A stretch of DNA of 64,000 nucleotides from Dehalococcoidia bacterium (GTDB lineage: Bacteria; Chloroflexota; Dehalococcoidia; Lucifugimonadales; GCA-2712585). Below are positions 45,178 through 54,643 of this stretch, one piece after another. Position numbers and translations under genes: made by a program. Location of the stretch: the NCBI GenBank assembly GCA_963665075.1, contig OY762063.1:2422844-2486843 (forward strand), written 5' to 3'. How positions within the stretch are numbered: the first letter of the stretch is position 1; each line of letters starts with the position of its first letter. A model generated the notes under the pieces. That model did not search any database. It saw nothing but the letters and a program-made list of their open reading frames with translations, and was not told the origin of the DNA.

Positions 45178-45826
45178 GCCTGCGTTTCCCAGCTACTACC
45201 CCGTTTTCCTCAGCCTGAAGGGGCGGCGTTGCGTGGTGGTTGGCGGCGGGCCAATCGCGGAGGGGAAGGTGCGGAATCTGTTGAAGCATCCTTGCGAGAT
45301 TGTGCTTATCAGTCCTGAGGCGACGGAGGCGTTGGCGCAGTGGGCTGATGAAGGGCGATTTGAGTGGAAGCGGCGTCAGTATCGGGAGGGGGACTTGAAG
45401 GGGGCGTTTCTGGCCATCGGCGCGACGGGGGTTTTGGAGGTGGATCGGCAGATGGGGGAGGAGGCGGAGCGGGAGCGGGCGTTGCTGAACGTGGTGGATT
45501 ACGTGCCGCTGTGCATGTTCATTGCGCCGTCGATCGTCGAGCGGGGGCCGGTGACGTTCGCGATTTCGACGTCGGGGGCGAGTCCGGCGTTGGCGCGCAA
45601 GCTGCGGGAGTCCATGCAGGAAAGCGAATTGCTGGACTACGCGGAAATCGCCGGACTGCTGTCAAAGGCGCGCATGGAAGTCAAGCGGCGGGGTTGGAAG
45701 ATACCGCCGGATCGGTGGCAGGAAGTCATCGATAGAAGTCTGGTGGAAGCGGTGCGGGAGGGTCGGAAGGATGAAGCGTTGGAGTCCGTTTTGCGCGGGC
45801 TGGCGGGGGACGGGGAATCGCCGTGA
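45170..45826 (+). CDS. Precorrin-2 dehydrogenase / sirohydrochlorin ferrochelatase (SirC/CysG N-terminal type)
   Basis: YPVFLSLKGRRCVVVGGGPIAEGKVRNLL...FIAPSIVERGPVTFAISTSGASPALARKLR. Confidence 0.8.
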   Translation: MSEPAFPSYYPVFLSLKGRRCVVVGGGPIAEGKVRNLLKHPCEIVLISPEATEALAQWADEGRFEWKRRQYREGDLKGAFLAIGATGVLEVDRQMGEEAERERALLNVVDYVPLCMFIAPSIVERGPVTFAISTSGASPALARKLRESMQESELLDYAEIAGLLSKARMEVKRRGWKIPPDRWQEVIDRSLVEAVREGRKDEALESVLRGLAGDGESP

Positions 45827-46740
45827 AGCGGGTGGTGGTCGGGACGCGGGGGTCGCCGCTGGCGCTGCTTCAGGCGGAAGAGGTGGTCGGCAAGCTGAGG
45901 GAGAAGCATCCCGACGTGGAGTTCGTGACGAAGGTGGTCCGGACCGCCGGGGACCGCGCGGCGGAAGCGCCACTGCGTAGTTTGGGGGTGGGGATATTCG
46001 TCAAGGAGATAGAAGACGCGCTGCTGCGGGGCGAGGTGGACGTGGCGGTGCACAGCCACAAGGACTTGCCGCCGGTGATGACGCCAGGGCTGTCCATAGG
46101 CGCGGTGACAGAGCGGCTGGACCCGCGGGACGTGGTGGTGAATCGGTGGGGCGTGGGGTTGGGGGAGTTGCCGAAGGGGGCGCGAATCGGCACCAGCAGC
46201 TCCCGTCGTGCGGCTCAGTTGAGCCTATGGGCGCCGCAGGTGGAGGTTCTGCCGATTCGGGGGAGCGTGGGCACGCGCATAGAGAAGGCGATGGGGGACG
46301 ACTTCGACGGGGTCGCGTTGGCGGCGGCGGGGATGATTCGGTTGGGCGTCGAGGGGGAAATTTCCGCGTATTTGCCCGCAGACAAGTTCGTGCCCGCGCC
46401 GGGTCAGGGCGCGCTGGCGGCGCAAGCGCGGTCGGACGATGACGCGACTTTGTGGATGCTGCGAAGCATCGACCACGTGCTCACTCGTCGGGCGGTGATG
46501 GCGGAGATGGCCTTCCTGGAGCGGTTGGGAAGCGGCTGCCAGGAACCGTCGGCGGCCTACGCGCGAGTGGCGGGTGAAACGATGGTGATGCAGGTATTTT
46601 TAGCCTCAACGGATGGTGAGCAGACCTTCTACGCGAAGACGCGCGGGTTGGCTTCCAATCCCCACGAACTGGCGATGGAAGCCGTGCAGCAGCTAATCGA
46701 GAGAGGCGCCGGGCCCCTCGTTCCGGGAAGCGTCCGATGA
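45823..46740 (+). CDS. hemC: Hydroxymethylbilane synthase (porphobilinogen deaminase)
   Basis: VVVGTRGSPLALLQAEEV...AVHSHKDLP...IGTSSSRRAAQL... Confidence 0.95.
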   Translation: MKRVVVGTRGSPLALLQAEEVVGKLREKHPDVEFVTKVVRTAGDRAAEAPLRSLGVGIFVKEIEDALLRGEVDVAVHSHKDLPPVMTPGLSIGAVTERLDPRDVVVNRWGVGLGELPKGARIGTSSSRRAAQLSLWAPQVEVLPIRGSVGTRIEKAMGDDFDGVALAAAGMIRLGVEGEISAYLPADKFVPAPGQGALAAQARSDDDATLWMLRSIDHVLTRRAVMAEMAFLERLGSGCQEPSAAYARVAGETMVMQVFLASTDGEQTFYAKTRGLASNPHELAMEAVQQLIERGAGPLVPGSVR

Positions 46741-48269
46741 TTCCTGCTCTCGGACTAGTGTCCCTCGTCGGCGCCGGCCCCGGCGACCCGGGGTTGATAA
46801 CCGTCAAGGGATTGCAGCGTCTTCAGGAAGCCGACGTCATCGCCTACGACCGGCTTGTTGATCGTCGGCTTTTGGATGAGACGCGGGAGGACGCGGAGCT
46901 TATCGACGTGGGGAAGCAGGCGGGGCAGAGCGGCGCGGGGCAGAGGAGCATCCATACCATCCTGATTGACAAAGCCCACGAGGGGAAGCGGGTGGTGCGG
47001 TTGAAGGGCGGCGACCCTTTCGTATTCGGCAGGGGGGGCGAGGAGGCGCAGGTGCTGGCGATGGCGGGCATTCCCTTCGAGGTTGTGTCCGGCGTCTCGT
47101 CCGCCGTGGCCGCGCCCGCATACGCAGGGATACCTCTGACCCACCGCGAGGCCGCGTCTTCATTCACCGTGGTCAGCGCGGTCGAAGACGCAGCCAAGGC
47201 GGAGTCGGCAATTCCCTGGGACGCGCTGGCGCGAACGGGAGGGACGTTGGTGGTGATGATGGGTTGGGGGGCGTTGCCGCGGGTGGTTGAGAGGCTGTTG
47301 GAATCCGGGATGTCGCCATCCATGCCCGCCGCGGTGGTGCAGTGGGGAACGGAACCGCACCAGCAGACGGTGATTGGCAACTTGGGAAGTATCGTCGAGC
47401 GGGCGCGGGACGCGGGGCTTGGGCCGCCGGTGGTGGTGGTCATCGGGCGGGTGGTTGCGCTTCGCGGAGAAATAGGGTGGTACGAGGAAAAGCCCCTGTT
47501 CGGCAAGCGGGTGCTGGTGACGCGGTCGAGGTCGCAGGCGTCCGTGTTGAGCCGGATGCTTTCGGAAGAAGGCGCGGAGGCCGTAGAGGTGCCGACGATA
47601 GAGATTGCGCCGCCGTTGGACTTTTCCAGTCTTGACGAGGCGTTGCGATGCCTGAATAGCTACAGATGGATCGTCTTCACCAGCGTCAACGGCGTGGCGT
47701 CCTTCTTCAATCGGCTGAACGCGTTGGGGATGGACGCCCGCGCCCTCGGAAACAGCCGCGTCTGCGCCATCGGGCCGATTACGGCATCGGCGTTGGAGCA
47801 GCGGGGAATCGTACCCGACTTCACGCCTCCCAGATACACCACCGAGCGGTTGGTGCAGGGGCTGTCGGAGCATGGCGTAGCAGGCGCGAAGGTGTTGATG
47901 CCGCGCACCAACATCGCGCCGGAGGACGCGGCGCGGGCGTTGGAGAAGCTGGGCGCGGAGGTCGTCCAGCCCGTCGCATATCGGACGCTGACGCCTGCGG
48001 GTTCGGCGGCGAAGGCCAGGGAACTGCTGGGGCGTGGTAGAATTGACATAGCAACCTTCACCAGTTCCTCCACCGTCGCCAATCTGATAGAGCTTCTTGA
48101 CGGAGATTCGTCGCTGCTACAGAACGTGATGATAGCGTGCATAGGCCCGGTGACGGCGCGAAAGGCGCGGGAGTTGGGGTTGAGTGTAGACGTGGTGGCC
48201 CGTCGGCACACCGTGGCGGGATTGGTGGAGGCACTGAAAGACTACATGGATTCCAGTTCGGAGGCATAG
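46737..48269 (+). CDS. cobA: Bifunctional uroporphyrinogen-III C-methyltransferase / uroporphyrinogen-III synthase
   Basis: N-terminal half: VSLVGAGPGDPGLITVKG...RLKGGDPFVFGRGGEE. C-terminal half: HemD-like (GKRVLVTRSR...IVFTSVNGV). Confidence 0.9.
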   Translation: MIPALGLVSLVGAGPGDPGLITVKGLQRLQEADVIAYDRLVDRRLLDETREDAELIDVGKQAGQSGAGQRSIHTILIDKAHEGKRVVRLKGGDPFVFGRGGEEAQVLAMAGIPFEVVSGVSSAVAAPAYAGIPLTHREAASSFTVVSAVEDAAKAESAIPWDALARTGGTLVVMMGWGALPRVVERLLESGMSPSMPAAVVQWGTEPHQQTVIGNLGSIVERARDAGLGPPVVVVIGRVVALRGEIGWYEEKPLFGKRVLVTRSRSQASVLSRMLSEEGAEAVEVPTIEIAPPLDFSSLDEALRCLNSYRWIVFTSVNGVASFFNRLNALGMDARALGNSRVCAIGPITASALEQRGIVPDFTPPRYTTERLVQGLSEHGVAGAKVLMPRTNIAPEDAARALEKLGAEVVQPVAYRTLTPAGSAAKARELLGRGRIDIATFTSSSTVANLIELLDGDSSLLQNVMIACIGPVTARKARELGLSVDVVARRHTVAGLVEALKDYMDSSSEA

Positions 48270-48275
48270 CCGAAA

Positions 48276-49259
48276 ATGTCCCCAACCCCAACAACGCGGC
48301 TGAGACGGCTGAGGGAAACGAACGCCCTCCGGTCGATGGTGCGGGAGACGAATCTGGCCGTCTCCGACCTCATCTATCCAATCTTCGTCACCCACGGACG
48401 GGACCGCCGAGAGCCGGTGGACCCCATGCCGGGCTCATATCATCTGTCGTTGGACAAGCTGTTGGACGAGGTGGACGAAGTCGCCGAGTTGGGGATTCCG
48501 GGCGTCATCCTGTTCGGACTTCCGGCGCGCAAAGACGACGTGGGGTCCGAGGCTTATGACAGCAACGGAATCATCCAGGAGGCCATCCGAGTCATCAAAA
48601 AGACGATTCCGAATCTGATGGTGATTACGGACGTTTGCCTATGCCAGTACACGGGCCACGGCCATTGCGGCGTCGTCAATGCGGGGCGGATAGACAACGA
48701 CGCGACGGTGGAGTTGTACACCCGAACGGCGGTATCGCACGCCGAGGCGGGGGCTGACGTGGTGGCGCCATCGGGCATGATGGACGGGCAGGTGGCGGCG
48801 ATACGCGGCGGGCTGGACGGCGGCGGGTTCGGGCATCTGCCCATCATGGCCTACGCCGCGAAGCACGCCTCCGCCTTCTACGGCCCCTTCCGGGTGGCGG
48901 CGGATTCGGCGCCCCAGTACGGCGACCGGCGCAGCTATCAGATGGACCCCGCCAACGGGCGGATGGCGCTGCGGGAGATTCAGGCGGACATCGACGAAGG
49001 GGCGGACATCGTGATGGTCAAGCCCGCGCTGGCCTACCTGGACGTAATCGCGCGGGCGCGGGACAGGTTCGACCACCCCATCGCGGCGTACAACGTGAGC
49101 GGGGAGTATTCGCTGGTGAAGGCCGCCGCCGCCAACGAGTGGGTGAACGAGGAGGAGGTGACGCTGGAGCTGCTGACGGGCATCCGGCGGGCGGGCGCGG
49201 ACATGATAATCACCTACCACGCCAAGGACGCGGCGCGGTGGTTGCAGCGGGGGCGTTAG
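48276..49259 (+). CDS. hemB: Porphobilinogen synthase (5-aminolevulinate dehydratase)
   Basis: RLRRLRETNALRSMVRE...LIYPIFV...VAPSGMMDGQV...MVKPALAYLD. Confidence 0.95.
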   Translation: MSPTPTTRLRRLRETNALRSMVRETNLAVSDLIYPIFVTHGRDRREPVDPMPGSYHLSLDKLLDEVDEVAELGIPGVILFGLPARKDDVGSEAYDSNGIIQEAIRVIKKTIPNLMVITDVCLCQYTGHGHCGVVNAGRIDNDATVELYTRTAVSHAEAGADVVAPSGMMDGQVAAIRGGLDGGGFGHLPIMAYAAKHASAFYGPFRVAADSAPQYGDRRSYQMDPANGRMALREIQADIDEGADIVMVKPALAYLDVIARARDRFDHPIAAYNVSGEYSLVKAAAANEWVNEEEVTLELLTGIRRAGADMIITYHAKDAARWLQRGR

Positions 49260-49331
49260 GCGGGGCGGATTTTGGCCAGGGTGATACGTGTCTACCACAA
49301 GTGGATCATCACTACACTATGGAGGTGTTGA

Positions 49332-50396
49332 ATGAATAATCGAGACATCGAGCGACTAATTGAAGAGCGCGTGGAAGCGGCCAAAGCAGAGTTGCGCGCG
49401 GAATTTGATGAGAGGTTATCTGGAAAAGAAGTGGAATTGGGTGGAGGTATGGACTCTACAATAATAATTAATGGAAACTTAGCTGTACGAGGCACACTGG
49501 AGATGATCGGGTCTGATGGTGGAACTGGCGTATTGCTGACCACTGACATTGGAGGTGGGTGCGTTGTGGTGCGGAACGATTCGGGACAAATTGTGGCTAG
49601 CCTTTCTCCGGACAATGGCGACGGAATGCTCATTGTGCGGGACGAATTGGGTCGGTCGGCGATAGAACTTTCTGTAAACCGGCGAGGTGGTAGGGTTGAA
49701 ACCCTAGATAGTTCTGGAGAATCACTTGTATTACTTACTGCAAGCGAAAATGGTGGGATAGTCAGGGTTGCTAATAAAATCGGAAAGACTGCGGTCATGA
49801 TCTTTGCTTCAGAAACTGGAGGCAATGTTTCGATAAACAATTCCAAGGCAAAGCTTGTTGCCTTGCTTAGTAGCGTAGAGGTCAGCGGGCGTGTTTTGAT
49901 CAAAGATAGTGAAGGCGACCAGTCCGTTAGTCTCACTACAGACGAAGATGGTGGCTTTATTTCGGTAGTTGATGACAATAAAGTTGAAGTAATAGGACTT
50001 TATGCTGCAGATGGGGGTGTTGTACATTTGCGAGATACGCTTCCTAGTGATGCCGCACTGGTTCTGTCCGCAGATGCAAGCGGGGGAACTCTGAGATTGC
50101 ATTCCCCAACAGGACAGCCTGTGATAATGATTTCGAGCCAAGAGCGGGAAACCAAGGATGGAGAGGATTATGAGCATGTCGGCCATGTTCAGATAATGGA
50201 TGGTTCTGGCAACGAAAAAGTGATTCTTACCGCTGACGAACAATCGGGGTCAGTTGTTGTTGGGAGCGGACCTGGAGAACCTAAAGCCTGGCTTACCAGC
50301 GTTGACGGGGTAGGTAGAGTTTACTTGAGAAATGACTCCAGCACTACTGTGATAACGGCTTCCGATGAACAGAGTGTTGGAGACGAAGATAACTAA
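49332..50396 (+). CDS. Orphan protein: N-terminal coiled coil plus at least 10 copies of a ~22-residue beta-type repeat
   Basis: Repeats such as LVLLTASENGGIVRVANKIGKT, AVMIFASETGGNVSINNSKAKL, SVSLTTDEDGGFISVVDDNKVE and ALVLSADASGGTLRLHSPTGQP. Markedly A/T-richer codons than flanking genes. No signal peptide. Confidence 0.6.
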   Translation: MNNRDIERLIEERVEAAKAELRAEFDERLSGKEVELGGGMDSTIIINGNLAVRGTLEMIGSDGGTGVLLTTDIGGGCVVVRNDSGQIVASLSPDNGDGMLIVRDELGRSAIELSVNRRGGRVETLDSSGESLVLLTASENGGIVRVANKIGKTAVMIFASETGGNVSINNSKAKLVALLSSVEVSGRVLIKDSEGDQSVSLTTDEDGGFISVVDDNKVEVIGLYAADGGVVHLRDTLPSDAALVLSADASGGTLRLHSPTGQPVIMISSQERETKDGEDYEHVGHVQIMDGSGNEKVILTADEQSGSVVVGSGPGEPKAWLTSVDGVGRVYLRNDSSTTVITASDEQSVGDEDN

Positions 50397-50407
50397 CTAT
50401 TCTAGTC

Positions 50408-51355
50408 CTATCCCGGGCGGATTTCTGCCAGGGTTGAGACGGTGCGTTCCCAGGAGGCGTTGGGGTTGGGGCCGGTGAGGACCGGCGACGCGATGATTTC
50501 CGTTACGCCGTAGGAAAACAGATTCCGGACGCCTTCCGTCACCTGCTCCTGACTGCCGTGGATGGCGACGGCGTCGATCATGCCGTCGCTCCACTTGCCG
50601 GACTGGGCTTCGGGGTAGCCGGCGTCCACAAACATTTGGGCGTAGAAGGGGAGCGTCACGTAGAGGCCCATCTGCTGCCGGACGGCTTGACGCACCGCGT
50701 CGGGGTCTTCGTCGACGGCGACGATGGCGTGGGCGATGAGGGGAGGGGTGGGCCGTCCGGCGCGTTGGGCGGCGGCGGTCATGGCAGGGAGGGCGGAGTC
50801 GCGGAGGTAGGCGGACGGGCAGACCCAGCTGATTGCGCCGTCGGCTTCCGCGCCGCAAAGCTCGTAGGAGCGACGGCGGAGGGCTGAGGCCATGACGGGA
50901 ACGTCTAGGGGAGCGTCGATTTCGCCGCGGGCGATGTAGAAGCGACCTTCGAAGTCCACCTGACCCTGTTGCAGCAGGGACTTGAGGATGCGGACGTATT
51001 CGCGCAGGTGGGTGAGGGGAGCGCGGAAGTTGACGCCGAAGCCGTGAATCATGCCGTCGCGGTGGCTGGGGCCGACGCCCAGTCGGAATCGCCCGTCGCT
51101 TAGCTGGTGGAGGACCTGCACCTGCTGGGCGACGGCGATTGGGTGCCGGGGCCAGGTGGGGACGATGGACGTGCCGAGGAGGATGCGGCTGGTCTGGACG
51201 GCGGCGGCGGCGAAGATGGTCATCCCGTCGGGCCGCGCGCCGCCGGTGGTGAGCCATGCGGCGTCGATGCCCAATTCCTCCGCCCGCCGGATTTGGGCGA
51301 CGGCTTCGGAGGGGGAGCCGGTTATGGCTAGGCCGATGCGGTTGGTGGTGGTCAT
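50408..51355 (-). CDS. Luciferase-like monooxygenase (LLM) family flavin/F420-dependent oxidoreductase
   Basis: MTTTNRIGLAITGSP...LGIDAAWLTTGG...RFRLGVGPSH. Start moved to the ATG at 51355. Confidence 0.85.
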   Translation of the reverse strand: MTTTNRIGLAITGSPSEAVAQIRRAEELGIDAAWLTTGGARPDGMTIFAAAAVQTSRILLGTSIVPTWPRHPIAVAQQVQVLHQLSDGRFRLGVGPSHRDGMIHGFGVNFRAPLTHLREYVRILKSLLQQGQVDFEGRFYIARGEIDAPLDVPVMASALRRRSYELCGAEADGAISWVCPSAYLRDSALPAMTAAAQRAGRPTPPLIAHAIVAVDEDPDAVRQAVRQQMGLYVTLPFYAQMFVDAGYPEAQSGKWSDGMIDAVAIHGSQEQVTEGVRNLFSYGVTEIIASPVLTGPNPNASWERTVSTLAEIRPG

Positions 51356-51491
51356 GGTGTAGTGTCTCCTAATTTTTCTACTTCTACTCATTCTACGCTA
51401 CTCTACACAATTTGCGTGAGGGTGCTCATCGCCTTACAATTGCGAGTGCCTTTGCTATAATAGTTCACAAATTGGTGCTGGGAGAGCTTTC

Positions 51492-53429
51492 GTGTTTGAA
51501 ACGAACGAGGTCTTGCTAGATAACCTACTTGATAGAGTGGGAAGCGGTGAGTTGCAGCTGCCAGATTTTCAGCGAGGCTGGGTATGGGACGATGACGGTA
51601 TACGCGGACTCCTAGCCAGCATCTCTAGGGGATTTCCAATTGGTGCCGTTATGACTCTATCTGCTGGAGGGGACGTCAATTTCAAACCGAGACTAATTGA
51701 AGGGGTCGAACAGACAGATGAAAAGACTCCATCAGCATTTCTCTTAGATGGTCAACAAAGGCTCACATCACTATACCAATCACTCCGTTACCTCGGGCCG
51801 GTTAAAACCAGTGATGGCAAGAAAAAGAAGATTGCGCGTTGGTATTACGTTGATATGCAGAAATCTTTGCAGCCCTCCGTGGACAGGGAAGATGCAATCA
51901 GGAGCCTTCCTAAAGACAGAAAAATAACCCGAGATTTTGGAAGGCTGACGATTCTGGACTTGTCAAATCCAGAGCTTGAGTTCCAGTATCACATGTTTCC
52001 GACAGAACACATTATGAATGATAAGGAATGGATGACGCGGTATCTTCAATTTTGGAGCTCTGGCGACAGGGCGCATCCAGAAGGGAATGCCCTAGACTTC
52101 TATCTAAGGTTTGACAAAGAGGTACTAACCAAGTTTCAGAAGTACCAACTGCCGGTCATAAAGCTTGCTGCCAAAACGCCCAAAGAGGCTGTTTGCACCG
52201 TCTTTGAAAAGGTGAATACCGGTGGAGAACCTCTGAAGACGTTTGAGTTGGCAACCGCATCTTTTGCTGCGGACGCTGATGCCCTAGACATGCCAGACTT
52301 TACTTTACGAGAGGATTGGGAACAGCGAGAGAAAAGGATGTATAAGCATGGTGTATTGCAGGGAATTGATGGCAATCAGTTTCTCCAAACTGTCGCGTTG
52401 CTAAAGACTCAAGAGACCCGCCGCAAGGCTATCCAAACTGGTATTTCGGATACACAAGCTCCTGCTGTGGGGTGCAAGAAGAAGGACATCCTAGATCTGC
52501 ATCTGAGGGACTACCACAATTGGGCTGACAAGGTTGAGAATGGCTTTGTCAAAGCTGCAAAGTTCTTGCATACCCAATTCGTAATCGGCAAGGGAAATGT
52601 CCCATATAACACACAATTGGTCCCGATGGCTGCCCTCTACGTAGAATTGGGATCGGAACTTGAGACTGTAATAGCCAGGCAACGTCTCGAAAAATGGTAT
52701 TGGTCGGGAGTTTTCGGAGAAAGTTACGGCGGTACTATTGAAACTCAGTTTGCCCTAGACTTGGTGGAAGTCGCAAATTTCGTCCGATCCGGGCAACCTA
52801 CGCGTTTGATGAACGAAGCCAATTTCATTCCTGAGCGCCTAATCAGCCTTCGAACCCGAAACAGTGCCGCGTATAAGGGAGTGTATGCTCTCCAGATGAA
52901 GAATGAAGCGGCCGATTGGAGGACGGGTGAGCCGTTGTCCATGGCCGCATACTATGACCAAAAGATTGATATTCACCACATTTTCCCAGTTTCTTGGTGT
53001 CGTCGGACGACTCCAGAAGTTCAGAAGGAGTTCTACGATTCCATTATCAATAAAACTCCTATCGATGCTTTCACCAATAGGATCATAGGAGGTAGGTCGC
53101 CTTCCAACTATCTGGCCAAGATTGGCAAATATGTCCCAGATGACCAATTGAAGTCCTTGCTGGATTCCCATTGGATTGACATCAAGCACCTACAAGCTGA
53201 TGACTTTTCGGCTTCCTTCGTGGAGCGAGGGTTGCACATGCTGAAGCTTATCGGCAAGGCAATGGGTCGGAAACTGGACTTGGACAATGGGCGTAGAGTC
53301 TTCTTGGACGCGCTCGGGGCAGCGGGCCAATATATTGACGAGTACGTTGAGGAAGAAGAGGAGTACGATGAGTTTGGCGAGTTTGAGGTTATGGAACTCT
53401 TAGATCAACCTTTAATTCCCGTAGACTGA
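51492..53429 (+). CDS. GmrSD-family type IV (modification-dependent) restriction endonuclease (DUF262 + DUF1524-like)
   Basis: N-terminal LQLPDFQRGWVW...LLDGQQRLTSLY (DGQQR ParB/NTPase-like motif). C-terminal His-Me finger-like IDIHHIFPVSW...NKTPIDAFTN. GTG start after GGGAGAG. Low G+C. Confidence 0.8.
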   Translation: MFETNEVLLDNLLDRVGSGELQLPDFQRGWVWDDDGIRGLLASISRGFPIGAVMTLSAGGDVNFKPRLIEGVEQTDEKTPSAFLLDGQQRLTSLYQSLRYLGPVKTSDGKKKKIARWYYVDMQKSLQPSVDREDAIRSLPKDRKITRDFGRLTILDLSNPELEFQYHMFPTEHIMNDKEWMTRYLQFWSSGDRAHPEGNALDFYLRFDKEVLTKFQKYQLPVIKLAAKTPKEAVCTVFEKVNTGGEPLKTFELATASFAADADALDMPDFTLREDWEQREKRMYKHGVLQGIDGNQFLQTVALLKTQETRRKAIQTGISDTQAPAVGCKKKDILDLHLRDYHNWADKVENGFVKAAKFLHTQFVIGKGNVPYNTQLVPMAALYVELGSELETVIARQRLEKWYWSGVFGESYGGTIETQFALDLVEVANFVRSGQPTRLMNEANFIPERLISLRTRNSAAYKGVYALQMKNEAADWRTGEPLSMAAYYDQKIDIHHIFPVSWCRRTTPEVQKEFYDSIINKTPIDAFTNRIIGGRSPSNYLAKIGKYVPDDQLKSLLDSHWIDIKHLQADDFSASFVERGLHMLKLIGKAMGRKLDLDNGRRVFLDALGAAGQYIDEYVEEEEEYDEFGEFEVMELLDQPLIPVD

Positions 53430-53482
53430 GTTATCCTGATAAAAGGTGATCGCGCGAGGTGTGATTACGGTGTAGGCGGGGA

Positions 53483-53731
53483 TTGACTGAAATACGTCAT
53501 GGGGAGTATGATTGGGTGGCTATGAAGAAGGATGATAGAGTCCCGAAATGGTTTGCCGACTATGCCGTGCAGAATCAGAAAGAGCACGGGGAGTTGGCCG
53601 AAAAGATAGAAAAGTCCAAGGGCGATCTGCGTGACAGTCTGACGTGGCGCATCATTGGAGCGTCGGTGGCAGTCTTGACGCTGAACATCGCGTTTATGAG
53701 CTTGGTTTTGCCCCGGTTGCTGAACGGGTAG
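53483..53731 (+). CDS. Small tail-anchored membrane protein (helical N-terminal region plus C-terminal TM; XhlA-like architecture)
   Basis: ...QKEHGELAEKIEKSKGDLRDSLTWRIIGASVAVLTLNIAFMSLVLPRLL. Start uncertain (53483 TTG or 53522 ATG). Confidence 0.45.
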   Translation: MTEIRHGEYDWVAMKKDDRVPKWFADYAVQNQKEHGELAEKIEKSKGDLRDSLTWRIIGASVAVLTLNIAFMSLVLPRLLNG

Positions 53732-53847
53732 GGCGTTGTCAGCCGTTTGAGGGGTTAACCATCAATTGATAATTGGCCTGCCCACGCGGCGGGCCTTCTG
53801 CTTTAAGGGAAGATTGTGGCGGCTGTGGGAGTCCCTCCGGAGGGGAA

Positions 53848-54012
53848 TTAGCCCAAGAGCCGCATGATGGCGGCTACGGCTCCGAGGCCGAGCAGTTGCA
53901 TGGCGGCAACCCACTTGATGATGACGGCTTTAGCAGCTTGAAGGTCCGACTTCGTAGCCAAGTGTGTATAGGCTCCCTCATGCTGGCTAACCCGTTCTTC
54001 TACTGTTGACAT
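53848..54012 (-). CDS. Small tail-anchored membrane protein (54 aa), same architecture as 53483..53731
   Basis: My translation of the reverse strand: MSTVEERVSQHEGAYTHLATKSDLQAAKAVIIKWVAAMQLLGLGAVAAIMRLLG. Below the ORF-track size cut-off. Confidence 0.4.
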   Translation of the reverse strand: MSTVEERVSQHEGAYTHLATKSDLQAAKAVIIKWVAAMQLLGLGAVAAIMRLLG

Positions 54013-54131
54013 AACTGCCTTCCCGTTAGTTCAATCCTACAACTACCTTGAATCGTATTCAATTGGCAATTATCATGGGACTTGAACCGCGCAGAGGTCC
54101 AACTTCCATCGGAGGTTCTATTTCGTTAGAC

Positions 54132-54455
54132 ATGCTAAAGCAACAATACATAGTGTCCGTTGAAGTGAATGAATGGCCAATTTCCACTGAGCCGGACAAG
54201 TGGATGGCCGAAATTCCGGCTTTGCCCGGTTGCAGGGCTTGGGGTGATACGCCAGAGGAGGCGTTGGACATCATCTCCGATTTGGCGGTTCACTTCATCA
54301 GAGACGGAATCAAAGAAAACACTTTGTCTCCGATGGTAAATCCCGTAGAGCCAGCAAAATCGAGGGTCGACTATTTTGATTCTCCAATCGCGCTGAAGGA
54401 AAACACAGTTAACTGGATATCACCTTCAGTTGCAGAGTTGACGGTTCCTGTTTGA
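54132..54455 (+). CDS. hicB: HicB-family antitoxin
   Basis: YIVSVEVNE...WMAEIPALPGCRAWGDTPEEALDIISDLAVHFI is a HicB/UPF0150 core. Start uncertain (54048 or 54132). Overlaps hicA. Confidence 0.7.
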   Translation: MLKQQYIVSVEVNEWPISTEPDKWMAEIPALPGCRAWGDTPEEALDIISDLAVHFIRDGIKENTLSPMVNPVEPAKSRVDYFDSPIALKENTVNWISPSVAELTVPV

Positions 54456-54643
54456 GATATAGAGAGTTGGTGCGAGAGCTATCTAGGCAGGGTTGCGAGT
54501 TCCATCGTCAGGGAAGAGGCAGTCACGAGATTTGGAAGAATCGAAGGACGGGATCAAAGACGACCATCCCGAATTGGGGAAGCCGTGATCTCAAGAAAGG
54601 TACAATCCGGCAAATTCTGAAAGACCTCGGTGTTGAGATTTGA
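54452..54643 (+). CDS. hicA: HicA-family mRNA interferase toxin
   Basis: RELVRELSRQGCEFHRQGRGSHEIWKN...TTIPNWGSRDLKKGTIRQILKDLG. Confidence 0.85.
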   Translation: MRYRELVRELSRQGCEFHRQGRGSHEIWKNRRTGSKTTIPNWGSRDLKKGTIRQILKDLGVEI

